Of a stretch of DNA of 38,062 bases, positions 27,336 through 35,723 are shown piece by piece. This DNA is from Bacteroidota bacterium (GTDB lineage: Bacteria > Bacteroidota > Bacteroidia > UKL13-3), in contig CANFSD010000001.1 in the NCBI GenBank assembly GCA_947449515.1, forward strand, positions 1 through 38,062, written 5' to 3'. A program made the position numbers and the translations under genes. Below the pieces are notes generated by a model. It was given only the letters and a program-made list of their open reading frames with translations, was not told the origin of the DNA and did no database searches. The first letter of the stretch is position 1, and the number at the start of each line of letters is the position of its first letter.

Positions 27336-27779
27336 TTAAGCCGGTACATCAATAACAGCAAATGTGCCGCTTGCCTTAGCAATCAGTACCTCCTTATTAT
27401 CGTTATTTGCAAATATTTCTGCTTCAGAAAAAATTAACTTTTGACCAGCTTTTAAAACAAATCCACGGCAAAATGCAGTATCACCCACGCCAGGATTTAA
27501 ATACGAAATCTTAAGCTCTGCAGTTACCACCGTTTGTTTGTTACCAACTAAGGTATAGGCGGCAAATCCAGCAACTAAATCTGCTAAGGTAGCAATTACA
27601 CCGCCATGTATAAAGCCAATTTGTTGCCTATGTTGTGGCTCAATTTTTAAAGAACCTTCAATATTTCCAGCTTCTATTTTTGTAATCTTAAAGCCTAAGT
27701 AGTTCATAAAATGGTTGAGTTCCATTTTTTCTTCAACCATTGCTTTAAAATTTTGATTTTGTGGGATAAACTGCTGCAC
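27336..27779 (-). CDS. PaaI-family hotdog-fold thioesterase
   Basis: The motifs HGGVIATLADLVAGFAA and the C-terminal beta-sheet pattern fit this family. The longest ORF starts at GTG 27779, and ATG alternatives exist at 27740 and 27725. Confidence 0.75.
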   Translation of the reverse strand: MQQFIPQNQNFKAMVEEKMELNHFMNYLGFKITKIEAGNIEGSLKIEPQHRQQIGFIHGGVIATLADLVAGFAAYTLVGNKQTVVTAELKISYLNPGVGDTAFCRGFVLKAGQKLIFSEAEIFANNDNKEVLIAKASGTFAVIDVPA

Positions 27780-27792
27780 TTTTTTTTATTTT

Positions 27793-28689
27793 TTGAAAGG
27801 GTTTTACTACTTTGCGAAGATAAGAACAATACTTGTGCAAACCATTCATGTAAAAACGTATTCGGATAATTTATACAATCCGGCAAATAATTCGGCTTAC
27901 GATCACTACGTGTTTTTTGAAGCCAATCATATCAGCGCCGTTATTGCCGATGCCCAAAATCAGCAAATTTTGCAGTTGCAAGTATTTACTTCAGGCGAAA
28001 GTAATTTGTTAAATGCCAGTTACGATGAATTAAAATCTATTACCGAACTCAAAGAAGTTTTGGATCAAAAATTCAGAGAACGTAAAGTAATAATCATTTC
28101 CCCCAATGCTTGCCTTGTGCCAGAGTCCTTGCTAAATGTTGTTGAAACAGAAGCATATTATGCCCTCAACCAAAAATTATTGGCGCAATCGCAAATTCTA
28201 TATAGTAAAATGCATGTGCAACAAACTGCCTCAATTTTTAATGTTCGCAACGAATTAATGAAATTGATCCGTTTCAATATGCCAATGGTAGATGTTTTTC
28301 ATTCTTCACTGCTGTTTATTAAGGCAGTTGAAAGCCAATCTTTTGAAAACCCCGCCAATAAATTACACTTGCAAATGCACGCAGGTTATTTCGAATTACT
28401 CAATATTGATAAGCAAATCAATTTCTATAATACCTTTCATTTTGAAACAGAAACAGAAATTGTTTACCATGTGTTGGCAGTGGCAGAACAATTGCAAATT
28501 CCACATACATGCGAGCTTGTTCTGTATGGCAATTCTGTTCATATGAACGAATTGAATCACCTGCTTTCAAAATATGTTCGTTCGGTTCAATATGGCATTA
28601 AACCTAAGAAGTTTAATTACCCCCTTAGCTTTAAACAATTTGAAGAACATCAATTTTTCACCGAATCAGCTGCTCTTTTGTGCGAATAA
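27793..28689 (+). CDS. Hypothetical protein, probably DUF3822 family
   Basis: 298-aa ORF immediately upstream of and overlapping rsmD, which is the position I recall for DUF3822 genes in Bacteroidota. There is no ATG near the N-terminus, so TTG 27793 or GTG 27835 are the candidate starts. Confidence 0.5.
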   Translation: MKGFYYFAKIRTILVQTIHVKTYSDNLYNPANNSAYDHYVFFEANHISAVIADAQNQQILQLQVFTSGESNLLNASYDELKSITELKEVLDQKFRERKVIIISPNACLVPESLLNVVETEAYYALNQKLLAQSQILYSKMHVQQTASIFNVRNELMKLIRFNMPMVDVFHSSLLFIKAVESQSFENPANKLHLQMHAGYFELLNIDKQINFYNTFHFETETEIVYHVLAVAEQLQIPHTCELVLYGNSVHMNELNHLLSKYVRSVQYGIKPKKFNYPLSFKQFEEHQFFTESAALLCE

Positions 28690-29219
28690 TTGGAGGAAAT
28701 AAAAGGGGTATTATCCTTCATGCGCCCGCATCATTGCCGGTTAGGCCAACTACAGATAGGGCCAAAGAAAGCCTGTTTAATATTCTTGAAAACAATTTTA
28801 ATATAGATGATTTAAGTATCTTAGAATTGTTTGCAGGTACCGGAAATATCAGTTATGAATTTGCAAGCCGTGGAGCCTTAGCTGTATTGAGTGTAGACCA
28901 AGATGCTTCCTGCGTAAAGTTCATGAAGGAAACTTCCTCTAAATTGGATTTTCAATCAATGGAGGTGCGCAAACAAGATGCCTTTGTCTTCCTTAAAAAT
29001 TGTACCGAAAATTTTGACATTATATTTGGTGATGCACCCTACGCGCTTTCTCGTGTAACAGAAATACCTGCTATGGTTTTCGAAAAAAAACTTCTAAAAC
29101 CAAATGGTTGGCTCATCCTAGAACATGCCTCCATGTTGCGTTTAAACCACCTTCCTCATTTTTTTGAAGAAAGAAAATATGGTCAGTCAACTTTCTCGTT
29201 TTTTAAAATGAACAATTAA
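28680..29219 (+). CDS. rsmD: 16S rRNA (guanine966-N2)-methyltransferase
   Basis: The GTG start gives MRIIGGNKRG..L..P....RPTTDRAKESLFNIL. FAGTGNISYE (SAM site) and DAPY are RsmD signatures. Confidence 0.85.
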   Translation: MRIIGGNKRGIILHAPASLPVRPTTDRAKESLFNILENNFNIDDLSILELFAGTGNISYEFASRGALAVLSVDQDASCVKFMKETSSKLDFQSMEVRKQDAFVFLKNCTENFDIIFGDAPYALSRVTEIPAMVFEKKLLKPNGWLILEHASMLRLNHLPHFFEERKYGQSTFSFFKMNN

Positions 29220-29268
29220 AGCTTGCTTACTTTTATAAATTCTTTCAAGTAATTCAACCAAATTCAAT

Positions 29269-29276
29269 TATTTTTG
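29269..29276 (+). promoter_or_regulatory. Putative -7 promoter box upstream of coaD
   Basis: TATTTTTG fits TAnnTTTG and lies 16 nt before the ATG at 29293. The -33 element is weak or absent. Confidence 0.3.
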
Positions 29277-29292
29277 ATTTAATAATCATCGC

Positions 29293-29751
29293 ATGAAAAA
29301 GATTGCACTCTTCCCCGGAACCTTTGATCCAATAACGGTTGGACATGTAAATATCCTCGAAAGAGCATTGCCTTTGTTTGATGAAATAATAATTGGTGTG
29401 GGACACAATAGCACCAAATCTACCTTGTTTCCTGTTGAAACACGTGTAGAATGGATTAAAAATATTTATAAAAATGAGCCAAAAGTTAGGGCAACTTTTT
29501 ATGAGGGACTAACCGTAAAATATTGTGATGAAATTGGAGCCCAATACATTATTCGCGGTATAAGAAATATGGCCGATTTTGATTACGAAAAGAATATCGC
29601 CCAAATGAATAAAATTATTTATCCGCAGGCAGAAACAGTTTTTCTCATGTGCGATCCAGCCTATACTCCTATAAGTTCTTCTGTTGTGCGCGACTTAATT
29701 CGCAATGGGGGTAAGGCAAGTGAATTTGTGCCTAAAGAAGTGATTTTCTAG
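29293..29751 (+). CDS. coaD: Pantetheine-phosphate adenylyltransferase
   Basis: 152-aa ORF with FPGTFDPITVGH (T/HxGH), RGIRN and ISSSVVR. Confidence 0.95.
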   Translation: MKKIALFPGTFDPITVGHVNILERALPLFDEIIIGVGHNSTKSTLFPVETRVEWIKNIYKNEPKVRATFYEGLTVKYCDEIGAQYIIRGIRNMADFDYEKNIAQMNKIIYPQAETVFLMCDPAYTPISSSVVRDLIRNGGKASEFVPKEVIF

Positions 29752-30365
29752 GTTGTTTGGCTCTTAAAATCAAGCAACAATTGTCTAATTGATTCATAGG
29801 TGTCAAAAGAATTTAAATCAATTTCCAACAAACGCATCCAGCAAACTTCGGTGATGTTTTCCTCCAATTGTGGCACCAATTCACCCGTAAATTGAGTTTC
29901 CATCTCGTACCAATGGGTCACTTTTAAAAAGCGATGTCCTTGTAATTTATAGGTATGGTAGGTGTTGTCAAAAAACCTTTTTATCTTTAATTGGTTCAAA
30001 CCACACTCTTCTTCAACTTCCCTAATAGCTCCTTCTTCAATGGTTTCTCCTGGGTCTATTTTACCCTTTGGTAAGTCCCATTTTTCTAACCTCCGCATCA
30101 TTAATATCTCTCCCGATGCATTGAATACAATTCCTCCACCTGCATGAATACTGGTAAAATTTGCCTTTAACTCTTGCATTGTTTCAGTAGGATCATCGCA
30201 AATCAAGCGTATCCCATGTTCTTGTGGCTCCTCCATTTTTCGAACCAAATCCATGAGATTCAATTCTTTGCTCATGCTAATTTGTTTGTAGGCTTCAAAA
30301 GTGTTTAAACTTTCGTTTGAACTTGTGAGGATTAAAGGCTTATCGTTTATGAAAAATTTATACAT
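29748..30365 (-). CDS. NUDIX hydrolase
   Basis: I chose the ATG at 30365 (MYKFFINDKPLIL) over the TTG at 30392. The Nudix box is GKIDPGETIEEGAIREVEEECGL. Confidence 0.8.
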   Translation of the reverse strand: MYKFFINDKPLILTSSNESLNTFEAYKQISMSKELNLMDLVRKMEEPQEHGIRLICDDPTETMQELKANFTSIHAGGGIVFNASGEILMMRRLEKWDLPKGKIDPGETIEEGAIREVEEECGLNQLKIKRFFDNTYHTYKLQGHRFLKVTHWYEMETQFTGELVPQLEENITEVCWMRLLEIDLNSFDTYESIRQLLLDFKSQTT

Positions 30366-30373
30366 TTGTAAAC

Positions 30374-31015
30374 ATGCAAATAAGTGAACCAATCGCTACA
30401 AAGATAGCGGAATATTTATTGGAGATAAAAGCCATTAAACTCGAACCAAATAATCCTTTTACTTGGGCCTCTGGATTAAAATCACCTATATACAGCGATA
30501 ACCGTTTGTCTCTATCACATCCCGCTATCAGAAGTTTTATCAAAAATGCTTTGGCAGAACAAATCCGTATCAACTACCCTCAAGTAGAGGCTATCATTGG
30601 GGTTGCTACTGCCGGTATTGCCCCTGGAGCCCTTGTAGCAGATGCCATGGAATTACCATTTGGTTATGTTAGGTCCGAACCTAAAAAACATGGCATGGGC
30701 AAACAAGTGGAAGGCGATATTCGTCCAGAACAAGCAGTGGTTGTAATTGAAGATTTAGTTTCTACCGGAAAAAGCAGTCTTCAAGCTATTGATGCTTTGC
30801 GCAGTTTTGGTTCAAATGTGCTAGGACTTGCGAGTATTTTCACTTATGGTTTTGAAACCGCTCAAAATAATTTCGACAATGCAAACTGTCCTTATTTTGC
30901 ACTTTGTAATTACGACGCATTAATTGAAGTAGCCGTGGCAAAAGGATATGTAAATAGTTCGGATAAAGAAGTATTAGCTGCTTGGAGAAAAAATCCAGAA
31001 ATTTGGGGTAAATAA
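30374..31015 (+). CDS. pyrE: Orotate phosphoribosyltransferase
   Basis: 213-aa ORF with FTWASGLKSPIY.DNR and the PRPP loop VVVIEDLVSTGKS. Confidence 0.9.
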   Translation: MQISEPIATKIAEYLLEIKAIKLEPNNPFTWASGLKSPIYSDNRLSLSHPAIRSFIKNALAEQIRINYPQVEAIIGVATAGIAPGALVADAMELPFGYVRSEPKKHGMGKQVEGDIRPEQAVVVIEDLVSTGKSSLQAIDALRSFGSNVLGLASIFTYGFETAQNNFDNANCPYFALCNYDALIEVAVAKGYVNSSDKEVLAAWRKNPEIWGK

Positions 31016-31023
31016 ATTTTAGT

Positions 31024-31770
31024 ATGGCCATTAAACTTTCAAAAAATCCATTAAAAGCTGCCTATGCCATCTATTTTGGCTTTTGGGTTGTTTTCTGGTT
31101 TCTACTTTTATACCCGCTGATTCGTTTAGGTTTAAGCCACCCAAAACGCTATCGATTTGCTCATTTGGTTCGAAAATTTTGGGGTAAAATGTTATTGCTT
31201 TTCGGCTTTATTAGGGTCAAAACCTATTACGAAGTACCGCTTGATCCCAAACAATCCTACATGATTGTTCCCAATCATACCTCGCAAGTAGATATAGTTA
31301 CTTTGGCCGCTAAATTGCCCATCTTCTTTAATTTTATGGCCAAGGCAGAATTGGAAAGAATCCCGGTTTTTGGTATTTGGTTCAGAACAATAGATATTGC
31401 TGTTGAACGTAAAGATGCTAGAAAAGCAGCCCTGGCTTTTAGAAAAGCACTTAATTGGATTGAAGAAGGAAACAGTATGGTTATCTTTCCAGAAGGAACC
31501 ATTTCTAGCCAGGTTCCTAAAATGATAAAATTTAAAGATGGTCCGTTTAGAATTGCCATCGAAAAACAAATTCCTTTACTGCCAATTACCATAATTGGAA
31601 ACTGGGAATTGCTGCCAGATCAAGGGGTTTTTGAAGGAAAGCCAGGCTTTTCCTATCAATTTGTGCACCAACCAATTCCTACTGCCGGAATGACCCTAAA
31701 TGATATAGATTTATTAAAAGACCAAGTTTATCAAATAATAAACAATAAATTGCAAGCAAATGGATATTAA
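31024..31770 (+). CDS. 1-acyl-sn-glycerol-3-phosphate acyltransferase-like (PlsC family)
   Basis: 248-aa ORF with an N-terminal TM, an HX4D motif (NHTSQVD) and a FPEGT motif. Confidence 0.8.
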   Translation: MAIKLSKNPLKAAYAIYFGFWVVFWFLLLYPLIRLGLSHPKRYRFAHLVRKFWGKMLLLFGFIRVKTYYEVPLDPKQSYMIVPNHTSQVDIVTLAAKLPIFFNFMAKAELERIPVFGIWFRTIDIAVERKDARKAALAFRKALNWIEEGNSMVIFPEGTISSQVPKMIKFKDGPFRIAIEKQIPLLPITIIGNWELLPDQGVFEGKPGFSYQFVHQPIPTAGMTLNDIDLLKDQVYQIINNKLQANGY

Positions 31771-32050
31771 TAACGAAATAATAGAGCGCTTGTCTGAATT
31801 GGCAAAGTTGGATTTTGATCCTGCCGAAAAAGAAAATATTAAGAACGACTTAAACCGTATCTTGTCGTATTTCGAGAAATTAAATGAGGTAAATACCGAT
31901 GGCGTTGAACCCCTTATTTTCATGAGCGAAAATGTAAACTTATTACGTGAAGATGAACCTCAACAAGCCTATACCAAAGCAGATGCCCTGAAAAATGCGC
32001 CGGCAAAGGATAGTGACTATTTTCGCGTGCCTAAATTCATTGAAAAATAA
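31760..32050 (+). CDS. gatC: Asp-tRNA(Asn)/Glu-tRNA(Gln) amidotransferase subunit C
   Basis: 96-aa ORF: [41 protein letters not shown]...LREDEP. Confidence 0.85.
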   Translation: MDINNEIIERLSELAKLDFDPAEKENIKNDLNRILSYFEKLNEVNTDGVEPLIFMSENVNLLREDEPQQAYTKADALKNAPAKDSDYFRVPKFIEK

Positions 32051-32736
32051 TGCAAGATTTTGTTATCAATATCACCGGAATAGGTAAAACATATCGCATC
32101 GGTGAGGTGATAGTTAATGCATTGCGCGAAGTAGATTTGCAAATTAAAAAAGGCGAATATGTTGCATTAATGGGGCCTTCGGGTTCGGGTAAATCTACCC
32201 TAATGAATATACTGGGTTGCCTTGATACACCTAGCAGAGGTAAGTATTTTCTAAATGGCACAGATGTGAGTAACATGACAGATAATGAACTCGCAGAAAT
32301 TAGGAACAAAGAAATTGGATTTATTTTTCAAACTTTTAACCTGCTTGCACGAAACACTTCATTAGACAATGTTGCATTGCCGCTCGTATATGCAGGCATG
32401 TCTAAAAAAGACAGAATTGCAAAAGCAGAAGAAGCACTTACAAGCGTTGGTCTTGGCGATAGAATGGACCATAAGCCAAATGAATTATCCGGTGGGCAGC
32501 GTCAAAGAGTAGCCATTGCGCGCGCTTTGGTAAATAACCCATCCATCATTCTTGCAGATGAACCTACAGGAAATTTGGATACCAAAACTTCGGTTGAAAT
32601 CATGGAATTGATTGAAAAAATTCATGAAGCTGGCAATACCGTAATCATTGTAACACACGAAGAAGATATTGCTAAAAGAGCAAAGCGCATCATTCGTTTG
32701 CGCGATGGTTTAATTGAAGACAACGGCTTGTCTTAA
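32050..32736 (+). CDS. ABC transporter ATP-binding protein (MacB/LolD/FtsE-like)
   Basis: 228-aa ORF with Walker [10 protein letters not shown], signature LSGGQRQR and Walker [12 protein letters not shown]. The ATG overlaps the gatC stop (TAATG). Confidence 0.9.
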   Translation: MQDFVINITGIGKTYRIGEVIVNALREVDLQIKKGEYVALMGPSGSGKSTLMNILGCLDTPSRGKYFLNGTDVSNMTDNELAEIRNKEIGFIFQTFNLLARNTSLDNVALPLVYAGMSKKDRIAKAEEALTSVGLGDRMDHKPNELSGGQRQRVAIARALVNNPSIILADEPTGNLDTKTSVEIMELIEKIHEAGNTVIIVTHEEDIAKRAKRIIRLRDGLIEDNGLS

Positions 32737-33572
32737 TTCAATAATCCCTCAAAATAAAAATATTCCCTGTAGCTGTCTTTTAATTTTGGTTCGAACCGAA
32801 ACAAACCAAATATACTAGAACCACTGCCACTCATAGATGCATAAACAGCACCTGCTTGATATAAACTATTTTTAATAGCTGGCAGTAGGGGATGCTTTGG
32901 GAAAATACTGTCTTCAAAATCATTGCAAAGCCTGTCTTTCCAGTTACTTGGATCTAATTTAATGATATTTTTTATTGAATTTTCTTCCCTTTGGTTTTGG
33001 TGTTTGTTAATATCAATAGTAGAAAATGCCTCAGCCGTACTTATGTGAATTTCAGGCTTAACAATAACAATCCAACAACCCTTTAAACTTAGTTCAATTG
33101 GATGTAATATTTCCCCTCGGCCCGAACCAAAACATGCTTTGTTATTGATGAAAAACGCACAATCGCTGCCAAGTTTGGCCGCGTATTGCTGTAAGTTTTC
33201 ATTGGCAATATTTAAACCAGCATATTCATTGATAAGTTTCAATGCATAGGCGCCATCTCCAGAACCTCCGCCTAATCCAGCTCCCATTGGAATGTTTTTA
33301 AGCAAGGCAAATTGCAACTTAGGGAGCGAATAATCTTTCTGTAGAAGTTGGTAGGCCTTAATTACTAAATTTTGATTGGCATCCCCTTGCACAGGAATCC
33401 CTCTCATAATTATTGGCATTGATGCAGTTTCTTCCTTTGAGGCATGAACTACTTCAAGCGCATCACATAAGGGAACAGGATAAAATACCGTTTCTAAATC
33501 GTGGTAATTATCTTCCCGCTTTCTAATAATATGCAGGCCTAAATTTATTTTGCAATTGGGAAATACAATCAT
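32733..33572 (-). CDS. ispE: 4-diphosphocytidyl-2-C-methyl-D-erythritol kinase
   Basis: 279-aa ORF with [29 protein letters not shown] (GHMP kinase motif) and MSGSGSS. Confidence 0.9.
   Translation of the reverse strand: MIVFPNCKINLGLHIIRKREDNYHDLETVFYPVPLCDALEVVHASKEETASMPIIMRGIPVQGDANQNLVIKAYQLLQKDYSLPKLQFALLKNIPMGAGLGGGSGDGAYALKLINEYAGLNIANENLQQYAAKLGSDCAFFINNKACFGSGRGEILHPIELSLKGCWIVIVKPEIHISTAEAFSTIDINKHQNQREENSIKNIIKLDPSNWKDRLCNDFEDSIFPKHPLLPAIKNSLYQAGAVYASMSGSGSSIFGLFRFEPKLKDSYREYFYFEGLLN
32788..32797. repeat. GGTTCGAACC iterated palindrome, copy 4
   Basis: Read directly. It lies inside ispE on the minus strand with phase cGG|TTC|GAA|CCa (R-F-E-P). Confidence 0.9.
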
Positions 33573-34027
33573 AAAATTCTAGGGTCAAAAGTAAAGGGTT
33601 TGTTCCATAAGATTTGCACCCATTTGTCAAATGATGGATGAAGCGGATTTATTATGTAATTCATTGCTTCAGCTACCAGCACAGATGGCACCGCAAAAGC
33701 AATTGCTTTTTGTTGCTTAATAAATTGGTCGCCCACTATTTTGTTTGCTATTGGGCTAGGATAGGTTTGCCAATTTTTAGGCAAATCTTTTATTTCAAGT
33801 TTTTCAATACTTGCCTTTGTGGAAATAGAAATACATGTCAAAGCCAAATTGTTCAAACCCAATAAACCGCCACTGTTACAAGCCAATTCTAATGCGCACA
33901 ATGAAATTTGGCTCGATGTGTATAGCATTGGCGTTCCAATTGAATTCCACCTGCCTCCATATAGCTTAGCTCCTTGGCCACTTAAATCCATTGAAAATTG
34001 CGCATGACTTAATCTAAAAACTTCCAT
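33569..34027 (-). CDS. RES-domain toxin of a type II toxin-antitoxin pair
   Basis: 152-aa ORF. YGGRWNS (Arg), CALELA (Glu) and AVPSVLV (Ser) give the R-E-S signature in the expected order. It starts 2 nt after the antitoxin stop. Confidence 0.85.
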   Translation of the reverse strand: MEVFRLSHAQFSMDLSGQGAKLYGGRWNSIGTPMLYTSSQISLCALELACNSGGLLGLNNLALTCISISTKASIEKLEIKDLPKNWQTYPSPIANKIVGDQFIKQQKAIAFAVPSVLVAEAMNYIINPLHPSFDKWVQILWNKPFTFDPRIL

Positions 34028-34029
34028 CT

Positions 34030-34548
34030 TTAAGCGTAAATACCATGCTCAATTCTGCCCAAAGTTTGCATTACCAGCTTAACGCCAAAGCGAGTGTCTA
34101 AAATGGAAAGGGGAGTTTGGCCATTTAGCGCCAATAGAGGCGTTTTAAGCCAGATTTGCATGGCAATTGTATCTGAGAAAACAAGACTGGCTTTGGCGGT
34201 AACTAGGGCCAGTTCTATGGCCAATTCTGAGGAGAAGATATCTAATACCGTTTCGTCTTCAATGCGCTGAAATGTTTTTGTACTGATATGTAACAACTCG
34301 CAAAGCTTTTCTTGGTTGATGCCCAGTTGTTTTGAAATGGCAATTAAAATATTTTTTTTAATGCCATTTCGAGTGGCTTCTATGAGCATAAAATCATTGG
34401 TAAAATTTTTAGCAATGCCCAAACTTTTTGCCGCAATCTCTTCAGTAGTTTCCAATTTCTTGCCATAAGTCATTGGCCTGTCTGCAACCATATCCAGCTG
34501 AATATTCTCAGATTTTTTAGGCTTTCGGGTGTTTTTATAAGTTCTCAT
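34030..34548 (-). CDS. Xre-family / DUF2384 (MbcA/ParS-type) antitoxin
   Basis: It has an HTH-like segment (ISKQLGINQEKLCELLHISTKTFQRIE). A C-terminal WLKTPLLALNGQTPLSILDT..G...V...LGRIEHGIY matches the DUF2384 toxin-binding domain. I chose the ATG at 34548; alternatives are TTG 34569 and later ATGs at 34491 and 34473. Confidence 0.75.
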   Translation of the reverse strand: MRTYKNTRKPKKSENIQLDMVADRPMTYGKKLETTEEIAAKSLGIAKNFTNDFMLIEATRNGIKKNILIAISKQLGINQEKLCELLHISTKTFQRIEDETVLDIFSSELAIELALVTAKASLVFSDTIAMQIWLKTPLLALNGQTPLSILDTRFGVKLVMQTLGRIEHGIYA

Positions 34549-34584
34549 CTCTGCTGAATTACCCCTCAAAAATACAATTATTTT

Positions 34585-35484
34585 TTATTTTTGTCGCAAA
34601 CCAACAACATTTTCCCTAAACTTATCCAAAAATTGATAATTAATAGCTTGTACTTCCTGATTGATAATAATAGCCTCTGCTTCCTCCGTAGAGGCCACAA
34701 TATGGCCATTTGCGCCGTATAGTAAGTCACCTAAACCTCCAAGTTTTGGACCAATAACTTGCGTGCCTACCAAAAAACTTTCGTGTGCTACGCGGTTCCA
34801 GCCTTCGGCAAATTTTGGAAATGCCAAGGTAAATTTTGAACTGGCCATCTCTATCAGATAGTCCTCAAAAAATTCAAAGTATTTGTTTTCATAATGCGCA
34901 AACTTAGCAGCATACTCTTTTACATTGGTGCTAAAATAACAACGATATCCTTGCGCATGCAAGTGCGCTGCTAATTGGAATAAGCCAGCATCGTTTTTTG
35001 AGGATACTTGCCCAAAATGAATCTTATTAGACTTTTTCATACCCCTATATTCAAGGTATTTCTCCGTATCAAATAAATTGGGATATAAAATCAAATTTGG
35101 CAATCCTAATTGCTGCTTAAAATAATTCATCCAATAGGGCGCCACACAGACTATTTCTAATTTTTGGGCAGGTAGTAAACGTGCCAATTTAATGAACAAT
35201 TGGTACCAATTTTTCAAGAACCACGATTTCCCATCTTCCTCGGCATAATAATGCCAAACAATGTATACCTTGCTATTATTAAAAATATTCCTGAGAATTA
35301 CCGGAATTGCAAGGCGTGCAACACTAATATTTATTTTGCCATTAGCCTTTCTAAATGCCCAAAACAATAAAAGTATTTGTGCAATTATTCCCTCAAAATG
35401 CCGCCATTGGCGAAACATACGCAATTCGTATTTTTCTTGTCCGAGTCTGTTTAACAAACCTTCGGCAAATTGCTTTTCATGCAA
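34585..35484 (-). CDS. GT-B fold glycosyltransferase (GT1/GT4-like)
   Basis: The C-terminal half (FPKFAEGWNRVAHESFLVGTQVIGPKLGGLGDLL) resembles the E-x7-E/nucleotide-sugar site of GT4 enzymes. The tracked start is TTG at 35484, but the frame stays open a further 20 codons upstream (see findings). Confidence 0.6.
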   Translation of the reverse strand: MHEKQFAEGLLNRLGQEKYELRMFRQWRHFEGIIAQILLLFWAFRKANGKINISVARLAIPVILRNIFNNSKVYIVWHYYAEEDGKSWFLKNWYQLFIKLARLLPAQKLEIVCVAPYWMNYFKQQLGLPNLILYPNLFDTEKYLEYRGMKKSNKIHFGQVSSKNDAGLFQLAAHLHAQGYRCYFSTNVKEYAAKFAHYENKYFEFFEDYLIEMASSKFTLAFPKFAEGWNRVAHESFLVGTQVIGPKLGGLGDLLYGANGHIVASTEEAEAIIINQEVQAINYQFLDKFRENVVGLRQK

Positions 35485-35723
35485 ATAGCCTCCGGTTACG
35501 TGTTTGCCATGACTAATATAATTTATCCCTTGCTTTTTGATAAGTTATTTTTCTTGCAAAATACAATTTTTATGGAGCGTTTTTGATTCGCCACAAAAAA
35601 TAATTGGTTACAAAAAAAATAAACACCTAACGACTGTTAGGGTTTGCTAAGTTCTTGATTTTAATCATTTTTTATTTTTTTGAACCTGTCCAACTTGTAC
35701 TTACTAAATGTAAATCAAAATAT

